A stretch of DNA of 64,000 bases from Dictyostelium discoideum. Lineage: Eukaryota. Below are positions 1-13,676 of the stretch, one piece after another. How positions within the stretch are numbered: the stretch's first letter is position 1; every line of letters starts with the position of its first letter. The stretch is from contig CM000153.2 of NCBI GenBank assembly GCA_000004695.1, forward strand, positions 1,984,001 to 2,048,000. Reading direction: 5' to 3'. The position numbers were made by a program, and so were the translations under genes. A model generated the notes under the pieces. That model ran no database searches. It saw nothing but the letters and a program-made list of their open reading frames with translations, and was not told where the DNA came from.

Positions 1-601
1 AAAAAAAAAACAAACAATTGTTGCCAAACTATTCATTTTTTAAAAAAAAAAAAAATCTGAAAAAAAAAAAAAAAATAAAAAAAAATAAAAACTTTTTTTC
101 AGTTTTTTTATTTTGAAAAAAAATTGGGTGACTCGTCTAAAATGCCTTATATTAAAAAAAAAAAAAGTGTTTAGTTAATTGTTTTTTTTTTTTTTTTTGT
201 GGTAATTTAAAAAAAAAAGTTTAGGTGATATTTTCTTTTTCTTTTTTTTTTTTTTTTTTTTTCTTGACAAAAATATGGCTTAGTTAATTGAATAGTGGTA
301 AAGTGGGACAAAGATAGATCTCTATCTCTATCTCTATCTCTACTTTTTAATTTAAATTCCATTTATTACAATAATTCATCACAAGCCAATACCATAATAG
401 TATAAATTTTAAAATTTTAAATAAAAATAAAAAAAATATTGTTTTATATTTATTTATTAACTTTTTGTGGGAAACCTAAACCAAAATATTTTTTTATTTT
501 TTTATTTTTTTGTTATTTTGAAAAAATAGTAATATAATATTTTATTAATTAAAATTACCTTTTTTAATATTAAATTAGATATGGGCAGGTGTAATTAATT
601 T

Positions 602-648
<47 letters not shown>

Positions 649-861
649 TAAATAAAAATTTAATGGTTAATTAAAATGTTTTCTTAAAAAAAAAAAAAAA
701 GTCTTTTAAACTATTTATTATAATTTTTATTATCATTTTTTTAAATTATTTGTTATTATTTTTTTTTTATTTTTATTTTTTTAAATTTGTTTTTTAATAT
801 AAAAAAAATATAAAAATGCAATTCAATTTTTTTTAATATTTCTAACCAGGCCATTAGTGAG

Positions 862-897
<36 letters not shown>

Positions 898-1041
898 TTA
901 TCAAAAAAAAAAAAAAAAAATTAAAAAAAAAAATTAAAAAATATAAAAATTATTTTTAAATTTCCCATTTGAATAAAATTTAAATTTCTTACAATTGGAA
1001 AAGCACACACACACACCCACACTTACATATAGAGAGTAACA

Positions 1042-2076
1042 ATGAGCAAAGAGATTTTTATTGGCATTGATGGTGGTGGTACAAAAACATCAACGGTTGC
1101 AGTTGATTCAAATGGTCAAGAATTAGCAAGACATACATCACCATGTAGTAACTATCATAGTGTTGGTGAAGATTTAGCAAAAGCAGCAATTAACGAAGGT
1201 ATAAAATATGTAATTAGAAAAGTTAAGGAGACAATCACAGATGATGATAATAAAGAAGTTACAGTTGGATCAATTTGTTTAGGTATGAGTGGTGTAGATA
1301 GAGAGAAAGATAAACTATTAGTTAAATCATGGGTAACTGAATTATTGGGAGAATCAATCAACTACAGCATTCACAACGATGCAATCGTAGCTTTATCAAG
1401 TGGAACTCAAGGTAAACTATTTGGAGTTGTCATTATCTGTGGCACAGGTTGCATTTCATTAGGATTCAATAGGGAGGGTGTCTCAGGCAGATCAGGTGGT
1501 TGGGGACCATTATTAGGCGACTATGGCAGTGGCTACCAAATTGGTTACGATATCCTCAGACATGTTTTAAAAGCAAAAGATCAAGTTGGTCCAAAAACTT
1601 CACTAACTCAAGTTTTATTAGAAAAATTACAACTCACCAAAGAAGAAGATTTAATCTCATGGGCTTATGATCCAAAAACTCAAAGTTGGCAAAAGTTTGC
1701 TCAATTATCACCTTTAGCTTTTGAGCAAGCCCAATTAGGTGATGAAATTTCAAATTTAATTTTAGTTGATGCTGCAAATGCACTTTATGTTTGTATTAAT
1801 TAATTAATAATTAATAATTAATAGAAAACTTTATTTTATATTAATTTTTAATTATTTAATTAGGATTTAATTAATAGTGTTATTAAAAAGTTGGGATTGG
1901 ATAAAGAAGAGAAATTCCCATTGGTTTATACTGGAGGAAATATTGAGAGAAAAGGTATTCTTTCTGATCTTTTATCCAAGAAAATTATGGAAAATTATCC
2001 AAATGCTGAAATTTTAAATACTACTTGTGATCCTTCAATGGGTGCTGCTTTATTGGCATTAAACTCTAAGAAATAA
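1042..2076 (+). CDS. N-acetylglucosamine kinase-like (BadF/BadG/BcrA/BcrD ATPase family); 2 exons 1042..1788, 1864..2076 (~319 aa)
   Basis: ORF starts MSKEIFIGIDGGGTKT, the sugar-kinase phosphate-1 motif typical of NAGK. Exon 1 ends at a GTTTGT donor at 1789. The 75-nt AT-rich intron ends at TAG|GAT and preserves frame into ORF 1891..2076 (LVYTGGN...MGAALLA). Stop at 2074-2076. Confidence 0.8.
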
Positions 2077-2239
2077 ACTTATTTTTATCTTTTTTTTTCC
2101 AATGGAAAATATAATATAAAATAAAATAAAAATAAAAATAGAAAAAAAATAAAAAAAAAAATAAAAAAAAAATAAAATTTCATATTCAAAATTTTTTTAT
2201 TTTTTCTTTTTTTTTTATTTTTTTTTTTTTTAATTTTTT

Positions 2240-2270
<31 letters not shown>

Positions 2271-2676
2271 GAAATTAATTTTTTAACACACATCACACAC
2301 ACTCCATTAATAAAAACACATACATACATATATATCCAACCTCTCCTATGGTATCAAAGTTTTAATTAATTATTCCCCTTTTTTTTTTTCATTTTTTTTT
2401 TCCTTCTATTTGATTAATAATAATAATTAAAAAAAAAAAAAAAAAATAATAAAAAAAATAATAATAATAATAATTAAAAAAAAAAAAGTAATAAAAACCA
2501 AAACAAACAAAACAAAACAAAACAAAATAAAATAAAATAAAATAAAATAAAAAAAAAAAAAAAAAAAAAAACAAAACAAAACATATCACAAATAATTTTG
2601 CTTTTTTTTTTTTTTTTTTAAAAATTTTGTTTTAAATTTTTTTTTTTTTTTTATTCATCAAAATTATTGATCTCCA

Positions 2677-3658
2677 ATGAACCAAGATTTTGAGCACCAA
2701 TTATCTTTTCACAGTAATAATAATAGTAATAGTAATCATCATCACAGTTATAACAACAGTATAAATAGTGGTAGCAGTAGTAGCGGCAGTAATAACAGTA
2801 GTAATAACAATAGTTTCAACGACGAGATAGAGGGTGGTGAGATACAAGAAGAACCATATATCAGTAGTAGTAGTATAAGAACATCAGAACTTGACCAAAA
2901 GATTCTATTTCTTTCAAAGGATAGAAATTTAAGTAAAAGAACAGGATCAGAGGATCCTCAGTATGGATCTTTTTTCAATACTTTATCAGAGCCTTTAATA
3001 TTATCACAACAATCACATCAACAACATAAAAAACAAAACCGAGATCAACATTCATCATCGTCATCATCATCATCTTCTTCATCTTCTTCTTCAAGTCGTT
3101 CAAAGAGATCAAATCAACCACCACCTTTAGTTGGAATTGCAGCTATTAATCAACAACAACAACATTTACAAAAACAAAAACAACAATTACAACAACAACA
3201 AATTCAAATTCAATTACAAAAACAACAATTACAACAACAAATAGTTCAGCATCAAACTGAATTACAAAATAAATCAACACCTTCAAAAACCTCTTCAGCA
3301 TCTTCTCCACCTCAAAATACTTTATCAGCACCAGCACCACCAGCACCAGCACCAACATCAGCACCAACATCAGCACCAACATCATCATCAGTATCATCAT
3401 TAACACAACCACAAAAACCAAAGTAAGTTATTATAATCAAATCAAACTTTTTTATTTTTTTATTTTTTTTTATTTTTATTATTTTTTGAAAAAAAAAAAA
3501 AAATTTATTAATAATTTTAACAATTAATTTTAGATCTGTACAATATTCTCAACCAGCTCCTTTAGAAATAAGAGAAGAAAAGGTTGACCCTAATGTATGT
3601 ATCATTTTTAATGTTAAAAAAAAAATAAAACAAATATATAATAAAAAAAAGTGTTAAC

Positions 3659-3708
<50 letters not shown>

Positions 3709-4974
3709 ATTACTATTAGATAAAAGAAGAGTTTGAAAACACAGAAAGCAAAATATCATCGATTATTCAGTCTATGATTTGCCCAATAAGTCCATTACGC
3801 TCTCCATTTAACGAATCGATAGTTTATACCAATATTTCATCATCATCATCAGATTTTGATTATAATAATAGTAATAGTAATAATAGCAATAATAATAACA
3901 ATAATAATAATAGTATCACTGAAAACAATACAGACAAAATGATAAACAATCAACCCTCATCAACTAATAGTAAAAAATTAAAAACAAATGAAATAGATTC
4001 AAAAGATACATCAAACAATAACTTAAATGGAGCAGATTTTAAAAAAACTACAACCACCACCACCACAACTACTACATCATCAACATCAGAGCCAATTAAA
4101 TCACCAAATAGTAGTAGCAGTACCAACTCATCAGCAAGTACTACCCCAACTGTAAAGAAGGAAAAACTAATTTTAAAAATACCAAAGTTAGTTGTAAAAT
4201 CAGATAGCGGCACCAATAAAGAAAGCAATAGTAGTAATTCTTCTTCAACCACTTCAACACCAAAATCAAAAGACTTGGAAGAAAAAAAGGAAAAAGAAAA
4301 ATCTGAAAAGGAAAAGGGAGAAAAACTAGAGAAATCAGAGAAATCAGACAAATCAGAGAAAACAGAGAAAACAGAGAAAGCAGAGAAAACAGAGAAATCA
4401 GAGAAATCAGAGAAATCAGAGAAAACAGATCAACTTGAAAAAGCAGAGAAATTAGAAAAAGAAGAAAAAACAGAAAAAAAAAAAACAGAAAAAGTTGAAA
4501 AAGCAGGAAAAGTAGAAAAGAAAGAAAAGCCTAAAGATAAACAAACTAAACAAGAAAAAGAAAAAGAAAAGGAAAAAGAGAAAGAAACGGAAAAAGAAAA
4601 AGAAAAAAAAGATAAAGTTTCAAGCAAAAAAGATGAACTTCAACCAATAGAAGAAGATAAAAAAAAGATTGGTGGTAAAAGAAAATCAATAAATTCATCA
4701 AAACCAGAATTCAAATCAGATTCAATCGATATGGATATTGACGAACCAAATCCAAAATCCTCTTCAAATTATAACGATTCTGATGATGACTCCGAAAACG
4801 AAATTGATAAATCCGATAAAAGATCACAAAAGAAATCAAAAGTTGAATCACCACCAAAATCTTCAAAATTATCAAATGGAAAAGATAAAAAATCAACCAC
4901 CACCACCACAACATCGACATCTTCATCATCATCATTACCATCATTGTCATCATCTTCATCATCATTACCATTGC

Positions 4975-5057
<83 letters not shown>

Positions 5058-5639
5058 ACAACATCGACTAAGATTAAAAAAGAAGAACCACCACCTCCCC
5101 CTCCTCAACAACCTCCACCTCCACCACCTCAACAACCACCTCCACCGCCACCTCCAATTAATCCTTTCTCTGTTTCAGAGCACGATAAGAAAATAATAGA
5201 AAAAGAAACTGGTAAAGATTTAGGTTCAAGTAGAGATAGAGATAATAGTAGTAGAACTACCAACGGCAGAGATTCCGACAGAGATAGAGATAGTCGTGAA
5301 GGAAGTAGAGATCGTGATAGAGATAGAGATCGTGACAGAGATCGTGATAGAGATAGAGACCGTGATAGAGGTAGAGATCGTGGTAATGGTGATAGAGGGG
5401 AAGGAGACAGAGATCGTGACAGAAGTGGCCGTAGTGATAGAGATCGTGATAGAGATCGTGACAGAGATAGAGATCGTGATAGAGATAGAGATCGTGGTAA
5501 TGATAGAGATAGGGATAGAGATAGAGACCGTGATAGAGACCGTGGTAGGGATCGTGGTAGTGATAGAGATAGAGATAGAAAAGATAGCAATAGCAATAAT
5601 AATAGTAATAACAATAACAATAATAACAATAACAATAAC

Positions 5640-5672
<33 letters not shown>

Positions 5673-6587
5673 GACAACAACAATAATAATAACAATAACA
5701 ATAATAATAATAATAAAAGAGATGGTAATAAAGATGGATCATCTAGTGAATTAACACCAAAGAAAACTAAACAAGAGGAGAAATTAATTAGATCACAAAT
5801 TGATCAAATTAAAGAGGATGCAAAGGATTTGAAAAAACTGGCAAAAGAATTACAAAGTAAGAATCAAAATGAATGTTTGGAGATGTATTTACAAGTTGGA
5901 CTAAAGTACCTTTTAACCACACATTATATGATTGAAGTGAATGACCCATTACCAAACATCATTTCATTTTTATCCGAAATTTCATTGTTTTTTTCAAATA
6001 CTTCTCGTTTGGCACTTCATTTCAAAGATGATCCAAAAGCTTCATTATGTTTTAAATGTGAATCATTTTGTTGTATTAAAATGTTTTGTCTTAAAAAAGA
6101 TAATTTAAAACACACTAGAAAAGAGGTTTCCAGTGTGTACTCATCATTTTTACCAAATAGTTCTTCATCATCAAAATCATCATCATCATCGTCATCATCA
6201 TCAAATCAACCAGCAAATCCAGCAACAGCCCCATTAACACCAAATCCTGGTAATCCAAGTGAGTCACCAAGTCAAGCATCATCATCATCAAATCCAACAT
6301 CAACAACCCCATCAGCAACAACAACAACAACAACAACAGCAACAACAACCCCATCAACTACTGCAACTACAACTACAACAAGTAATAATAATCAACCAAA
6401 TACATCTCATGTAAATACTAAAATAGCACAATACTTTAAAGATACAGAAGATATTTTTAGAGGAATGGATGCTTGGGAAAAATCAATACTACACAGTAAT
6501 ATACCTGGTTTTCATTTTAACTTTTTCTATCAACCATACCTTGAATTTATTGATCAAGTAAAAAAAGAATCTGATAAACAGTCTTAA
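2677..6587 (+). CDS. Large low-complexity nuclear-type protein (~1224 aa) with poly-N/S/Q, (SEK/TEK)n, PPPPPPQQ and a long Arg-Asp (RD) dipeptide repeat; 3 exons 2677..3422, 3534..3594, 3720..6587
   Basis: ORF 2677..3426 ends at a GTAAGT donor at 3423 (phase 2). A 61-nt exon, 3534..3594, lies between TTTTAG at 3532-3533 and a GTATGT donor at 3595. The acceptor TATTAG|A at 3719 joins ORF 3774..6587 in frame with no stops between 3720 and 3774. The three exon lengths sum to 3675 nt, a multiple of 3. The C-terminal ~250 aa (LEMYLQVGLKYLL...FYQPYLEFIDQVKK) is non-repetitive and looks like a folded domain. Confidence 0.65.
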
Positions 6588-6635
6588 TTTATTTATTTAT
6601 TTTTAGATTTTTTTTTTTTTTTTTTGGAAAGAAAC

Positions 6636-6666
<31 letters not shown>

Positions 6667-6909
6667 GAAATATATAATAAGATAAGGAATCAATTATATA
6701 AATATTTAATAATTATAAAAAAAACTATCGTACATTAATAACAAAATATCTTCTAAATAAAATAATCAAAATGAAATACAACAACACTTTAAATTTTTTT
6801 TTTTTTTTTTTTTCACCAAAAAATTTATTTTTGTTTTGATTTTTTTTTATTTTTATTTTTATTTTTTTTTTCATTTCACTCCTTTTTTTTTTTTTTTCTA
6901 TTTTTAAAA

Positions 6910-7221
6910 ATGATTATCAAATTATTTAATTATATTACAAGTAATCAAAAAATATTATTTTTATCATTGGTTTTATATAGGTGTATTAATTCATTATTGA
7001 TTAATACTTTTTTTGATCCAGATGAATATTGGCAAAGTTTAGAGGTAGCCCATAAACTAGTATTTGGGTATGGTTACTTGACTTGGGAATGGTCAGAAGG
7101 TTTAAGAAGTTTCATTCACCCATTAATATTTGTTTATCTCTTTAAATTTTTAAAATTTTTAAATTTAGATTCAACATTTTTCATTGTAATTATAATTATT
7201 TAATTTTTAATTTCATTATTT

Positions 7222-7252
<31 letters not shown>

Positions 7253-8815
7253 TTTTATTATTTATTTTTTTTATTTAGATAATTGGACCAAAATTATTAT
7301 CAGGATTTTTAGCAGCAATTGGTGATTTGTATTTATATAAATTAACATTATCAATATTTAAAAGTAAGGAAAGTGCGAAATGGGCATTAATATGTCAATT
7401 GATTTCATGGTATATGTTTGTTTGTATAGTTAGAACTTATTCAAATTCAATTGAAACAATTCTATTTATAATCTCTTTATATTATTTCCCAATTAATAAT
7501 GATGAAAATACAATTAATAGTAAACCAAAGATTTCAATTGCACTCACAACATTTGCATTCTTAATTAGACCAACCACTGCCATTATGTGGCTTTATATAT
7601 TACCATTACATATTTTTATAAATTTAAAATCAATTAAAAAAATTTTCAATTTTTTAATTTTTGATTGTTTATTTATTGGGTAAGTAGTAGTAGTAGTAAA
7701 TTCCCAAATAATAATAATTATTTATTTATATTAATTAATTTATTTAATATTTAGTTTATTATGTTTATTTATTGGTTGTTTTATTGATTATATTTATTAT
7801 GAAAGATTTGTGTTTTTGCCATATAATTTCCTTTATTTTAATGTTTTAAAGAATATATCAAGTTTTTATGGAACACATCCATTCCATTGGTATTGGAGTC
7901 AAGGTTTACCAGCAATTGGTTTTACAATTTTACCATTATTTTTATTATCAATAAGATCATTATGGATTAAAAAATCTGATAGATTTAAATTACATTTAGC
8001 ATGGTGTGCTCTATTTACTGTTGGTTTTTATAGTTTATTAGCACATAAAGAGTTTAGATTTATTTTACCAATTTTACCAATTATTATGATGTATTCTGGT
8101 TATTATATTTCAACTTTTACACAACTAAAAACGACAACAACAACAAAAGAATCAAAGGAATCAAAGGAATCATATGATCCAAAATCAAAACCAAATATTA
8201 GTACAACTTTAATATCACCACCAAAATTAATAATTTTATTATTGTTATTAAATATACCAATGAGTGTTTTCTTTTCAAATTTTCATCAAAGATCACCAAT
8301 TGATATAATGCATTACATAAATAGTGATATCGTACCAAAGATTAAAGATAATGGTACTATATCTGTTGATTTATTAATGTCTTGTCATGCAACTCCATTC
8401 CAAAGTTATATTCATAATGAAAATTTAATTTTAACACTTTTAGAATGTCCACCACCGTATGTAATATTTTATTTTATTAATTTTATTCAATATTATATTT
8501 GTTTATTAATTTATTATTTTTTTAATAATAATAATATTTGTTGTTTATAGATTAAATGAAAATTCGCCAATAGATGAGAAATCGTTATTTTATAAAGATC
8601 CATTAAATTTTATGAATACTCAATATAAACATATTGAAAGTAATAATAGTAATAAGAATAGTAAAAATTTAAAAGCACTTCCAAATTATTTCATTGTTGA
8701 AGACGAGTTATTGGATAGATTAGAACCATGGTTATTAAAAAATTCCTATAGAAAAGAATATCATTTAAAAAAACCTTTAGATATTACATCTTCTACAGTT
8801 TTTATAAGAGTTTAG
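6910..8815 (+). CDS. pigB: GPI mannosyltransferase III (PIG-B, glycosyltransferase family 22); 4 exons 6910..7185, 7279..7679, 7755..8456, 8551..8815 (~547 aa)
   Basis: Exon 1 carries FDPDEYWQSLEVAHKLVFGYGYLTWEW, the PIG-B/GT22 signature. The later HPFHWYWSQGLPAIGF motif is also typical. The ORFs 6910..7203, 7327..7683, 7810..8550 and 8612..8815 join through GTAAT/GTAAGT/GTATGT donors and (T)nAG acceptors, and the phases are consistent (0, 2, 2). The predicted length matches the human PIG-B length I recall (~554 aa). Confidence 0.85.
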
Positions 8816-8817
8816 TG

Positions 8818-8862
<45 letters not shown>

Positions 8863-9266
8863 AAAAACAAACAAATTAAAGTTTAGTATTCAAAATTATC
8901 TATATCAGCCTTATTTCTATGGTAAAAAAAAAAAAAAAAAAATTAAAAATAAATAAGGTTCTCTTAGGGATACTCGTTCTCATTAGTTGGATGGGTTATT
9001 TTTTTATTTCCCAAATTTAATTTTTTTTTTTTTTTTCTTTTTTAATTATAACAACATCTATTTTTTAAAAAAGAAGATAAAAATTCGAAAAGGTATGGAC
9101 AAATTATTTATTATCAGTTTTTTTTTAAATATATATATAAATTAAACACAGCCAAATTTCTTGGAATTGGGTTTTTTTTATTTTTTTATTTTTTAAATTT
9201 TTCTTTTTTTTTTTTTTTCACCAAGTTTTTTTATTTTTAATTTTTTTTTTATTTTTTGGTTCATAA

Positions 9267-10253
9267 ATGGGAAAAAGAAAAAAAAATAACCAAAATGATA
9301 ACAATACTAAAATTGAAAATTTTATAACAAAGATTAATAATAGTAATGAATGTACAAATACTGATAATAATGATAAAAATAAAAATAATAGTAATATTAA
9401 TAATAATAATAATAATAAAAACGATAATGAAATTAAAGAAGGAAAAGAATCAATTGGAAATTGGTGGAAAGAAAGATGTAATGAACAAGTTTTATCATTT
9501 AAAAAAGAATATTCAGGAACAGAAATGGGAAGTAAAATATTTGAAGGTATAAAAGTTTATTTCGATGGTCTTAGTGGTGAGGTTTCAACTCTTCATCTAA
9601 AGAAATTAATATTTTTAAATGGTGGCACAACATCACATTGGTTCTCACCTACAGAAGTAACTCACATCGTTGGTACTCATATGTCTTTAAATAAATTTGA
9701 AACTGTAAAAAGAATGGGTGTTAACACATCTCGTATTAGAAATGGTAAAATTATACATTATGTATCATCTGATTGGATTTTAGATTCTTGTAGATTATTA
9801 AAACTTCAAAATGAATCAAAATATAAACTATTTAATGAATCTGCGAGCTTACATGGTTCAAAAGATATTAGATCATTTTTTAATGATAAAGAAGAAGAAC
9901 AAGAACAAAAAGAAGAACAAGAACAAGAAGAAGAAAATGAAATAGAAAATAAAGAAATTAAAAATAAAAAAAATAATGATTATAATGATATTATTGAAAC
10001 TGATGAATATTCTTTGTTTTCCAAAATTAAGAAAAGTAAGGCTATGGATGATGAAGAATTGGAAAAAATATTAATAAACCCAAATCATTCATGTACAGAT
10101 TATTTATCAAATTTTGGAAATTCAACATTAGAAACTTTTACTACTTCTACTATTTCAAATTTTGAAAAGGACAGAAAAAAGTATATTGATAAAAATGAAA
10201 ATGCTTCAATAAAAGATTTTGTCATAGAAAGAGCTCAATCAAAGAAACTTTGA
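9267..10253 (+). CDS. BRCT-domain protein (N-rich N-terminus, single BRCT resembling the REV1/TopBP1-type BRCT, acidic EEQEQ tail); single exon, 328 aa
   Basis: ORF 9267..10253 contains IFEGIKVYFDGLSGEVSTLHLKKLIFLNGGTTSHWFSPTEVTHIVGTHM...IIHYVSSDWILDSCRLLKL, the BRCT fold pattern. It is preceded by WWKERCNEQVLSFKKEY, like the REV1 N-terminus. A stop follows, then an (ATT)n microsatellite, and no polymerase domain lies downstream. Confidence 0.7.
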   Translation: MGKRKKNNQNDNNTKIENFITKINNSNECTNTDNNDKNKNNSNINNNNNNKNDNEIKEGKESIGNWWKERCNEQVLSFKKEYSGTEMGSKIFEGIKVYFDGLSGEVSTLHLKKLIFLNGGTTSHWFSPTEVTHIVGTHMSLNKFETVKRMGVNTSRIRNGKIIHYVSSDWILDSCRLLKLQNESKYKLFNESASLHGSKDIRSFFNDKEEEQEQKEEQEQEEENEIENKEIKNKKNNDYNDIIETDEYSLFSKIKKSKAMDDEELEKILINPNHSCTDYLSNFGNSTLETFTTSTISNFEKDRKKYIDKNENASIKDFVIERAQSKKL

Positions 10254-10342
10254 AATTAAATTTATTTCCATTTTTTTTTTATTTATTTTTTTTTTTCGTT
10301 GTGTATAAGTAATACAAAAAATAAAAAAAAAAGAAGTTATAG

Positions 10343-10486
<144 letters not shown>

Positions 10487-10643
10487 CGAAAAATAAATAA
10501 AAAAATCATTTGGTTTTAAAAAAAAAAGGCAAGTATTGTTTGAATTTTTTTAATTTTTAATTTTTTTTTTTTTTTTTTTATTTTTTTTATTTTTTTTTTT
10601 ATTTTTTTTTTTTTTTTTTTATTTAAACAAATAATCAACGAAT

Positions 10644-12081
<1,438 letters not shown>

Positions 12082-12336
12082 GTATGTAGTATGTTGACAA
12101 AAAAAAAAACAAAAAAAAAAAATACAAACTTCAAAATCACTAACAAATCTATAAATAGTTTTTTTTTAGAAATAATTCATCTTATTTTCAAGATTTAATT
12201 ACAACTAGATTTAAAACTGTAAAAACTTTATTAGAGAGTGGTAATGGATTAACAAAAAGTACATTTTCTTTAAATCTTTTATTATTTTTTATGTCTGAAT
12301 GGAACATTCATTCAATGTCATTGTAAATATTCCTTT

Positions 12337-12401
<65 letters not shown>

Positions 12402-12520
12402 TTATTATTTATTTAACTCGAAATAATTATTAACGATAATATATATATATATATATATTTAGAAAACAATTTATAGGTAAAAGGATAGAGAAAAAATTAA
12501 CATCAATATTAGTTAGTAAA

Positions 12521-13578
12521 ATGGGAGATTTAAATATGGATAGAATTGATTTCAGTGAGTTTAATGAAGAAAGAGAGATGGGTATTGTTGAAATTTTTGA
12601 TAGTTTTGAAAAAGCAAATGGTAATGAACAAACAGATTTAGATGAATTTACATTTGTAAATGTAAAGAAACAATGGTTATTCTTTTCAAAATCGTTAAGA
12701 GGAGAAGAATTACCAAATCATTATATCAATGTCTATTCTAAACAATTTATTGATTCAATTTCAAAGATTCCAGAGGTTAGTGGTATTTCAGAAAGTAAAT
12801 ATCCAAGTATCTTTGAAATTTCATGGAATAGAAATTATAAGAGAGCTCTTTCTTCATTAATGGATGATGATTACATTTTCAATATACAATCACAAATCGT
12901 TGATGATGTAGCCACTGCTATCGATAACTTTACAAAGGAAAAAGCCTATGATGTGCCTGTGTTAGGATACGTTCTTAGAGATGAAGCCTTTAATTTTAAA
13001 AATACCATGGATGATAATGTTTTTTGCCAATTGGTTTCAAAAGAGTTCTCTCCATCAGTCACTTATGAAGAATTCCGTGAAAGTGTCAATCAAGTATATT
13101 CATTAAATAATATTCAAGAACTTCAACTTTTAGGTTTTTCATGTATGTATCTTTACTTATTTTTTTAATATTATGCTATTTTTTAAAACTATACTTTTTT
13201 TTTTTTGTTTAAAATAAGAAAATAAGAATTAATCCAATTTTTTTTTAAAAAAAAAAAAACAAAACAACTTTAATTGTAGCATTATGGAATTATATTTATT
13301 TAAGAGCACTTTCAAAAAAATTGTCAAGAGAAATTGTCAATGCTTCAATGGGAAGTATTATTAAACATGTGATTTTAAGAGCAATTGAATCTATAAGTTA
13401 CAATAAATCTTCTTTTCAAAATAAGTATGTATAATAAATATTTTATTTATATGTTTTTCAAATACTAATTTTAATTTTATTTTTTATTAGTTCTTTGGAT
13501 GAAATACCTAAACTATTAAAAAGTGGTGAAATATTAAAGAAATCATTTGGTTTTAAATCATTAAGTAATAAAAAATAA
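12521..13578 (+). CDS. Uncharacterised protein (~284 aa); 3 exons 12521..13142, 13280..13424, 13491..13578
   Basis: ATG at 12521 follows a (TA)n tract. ORF 12521..13168 ends at a GTATGT donor at 13143 (phase 1). Acceptor TTGTAG|CA at 13279 is followed by 145 nt of exon, then a GTATGT donor at 13425 (phase 2). Acceptor TTATTAG|T at 13490 leads to a stop at 13576-13578. Phases close exactly. Confidence 0.55.
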
Positions 13579-13676
13579 TAATAATTTATCAAATAAATAT
13601 TTTTTTTATTACTTTATTCTTTTTTTTTTTTTTTTTTTCTTTTTTTTTTTCTTTTTCTTTTTTCTCTTTTTATTAA

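Noticed and set aside
2389-2589. Poly-F/Y ORF on the minus strand (and similar 3562..3759, 17503..17721, 18992..19192, 37906..38181, 44432..44626, 42581..42787)
   Set aside because: They lie in A/T homopolymer or (AAAAT)n/(AAAAC)n intergenic tracts. They have no codon structure and their amino-acid content is homopolymeric.
4711-5754. Five overlapping ORFs on both strands (4711..5064-, 4738..5196+, 5129..5701-, 5257..5742-, 5296..5754+) encoding poly-M/H/L/Y/I strings
   Set aside because: They are alternative-frame and antisense translations of the (TCA)n, (CCACCT)n, (AGAGAT)n and (AAT)n coding repeats inside the 2677..6587 gene. They have homopolymeric amino-acid composition and no independent start or splice signals.
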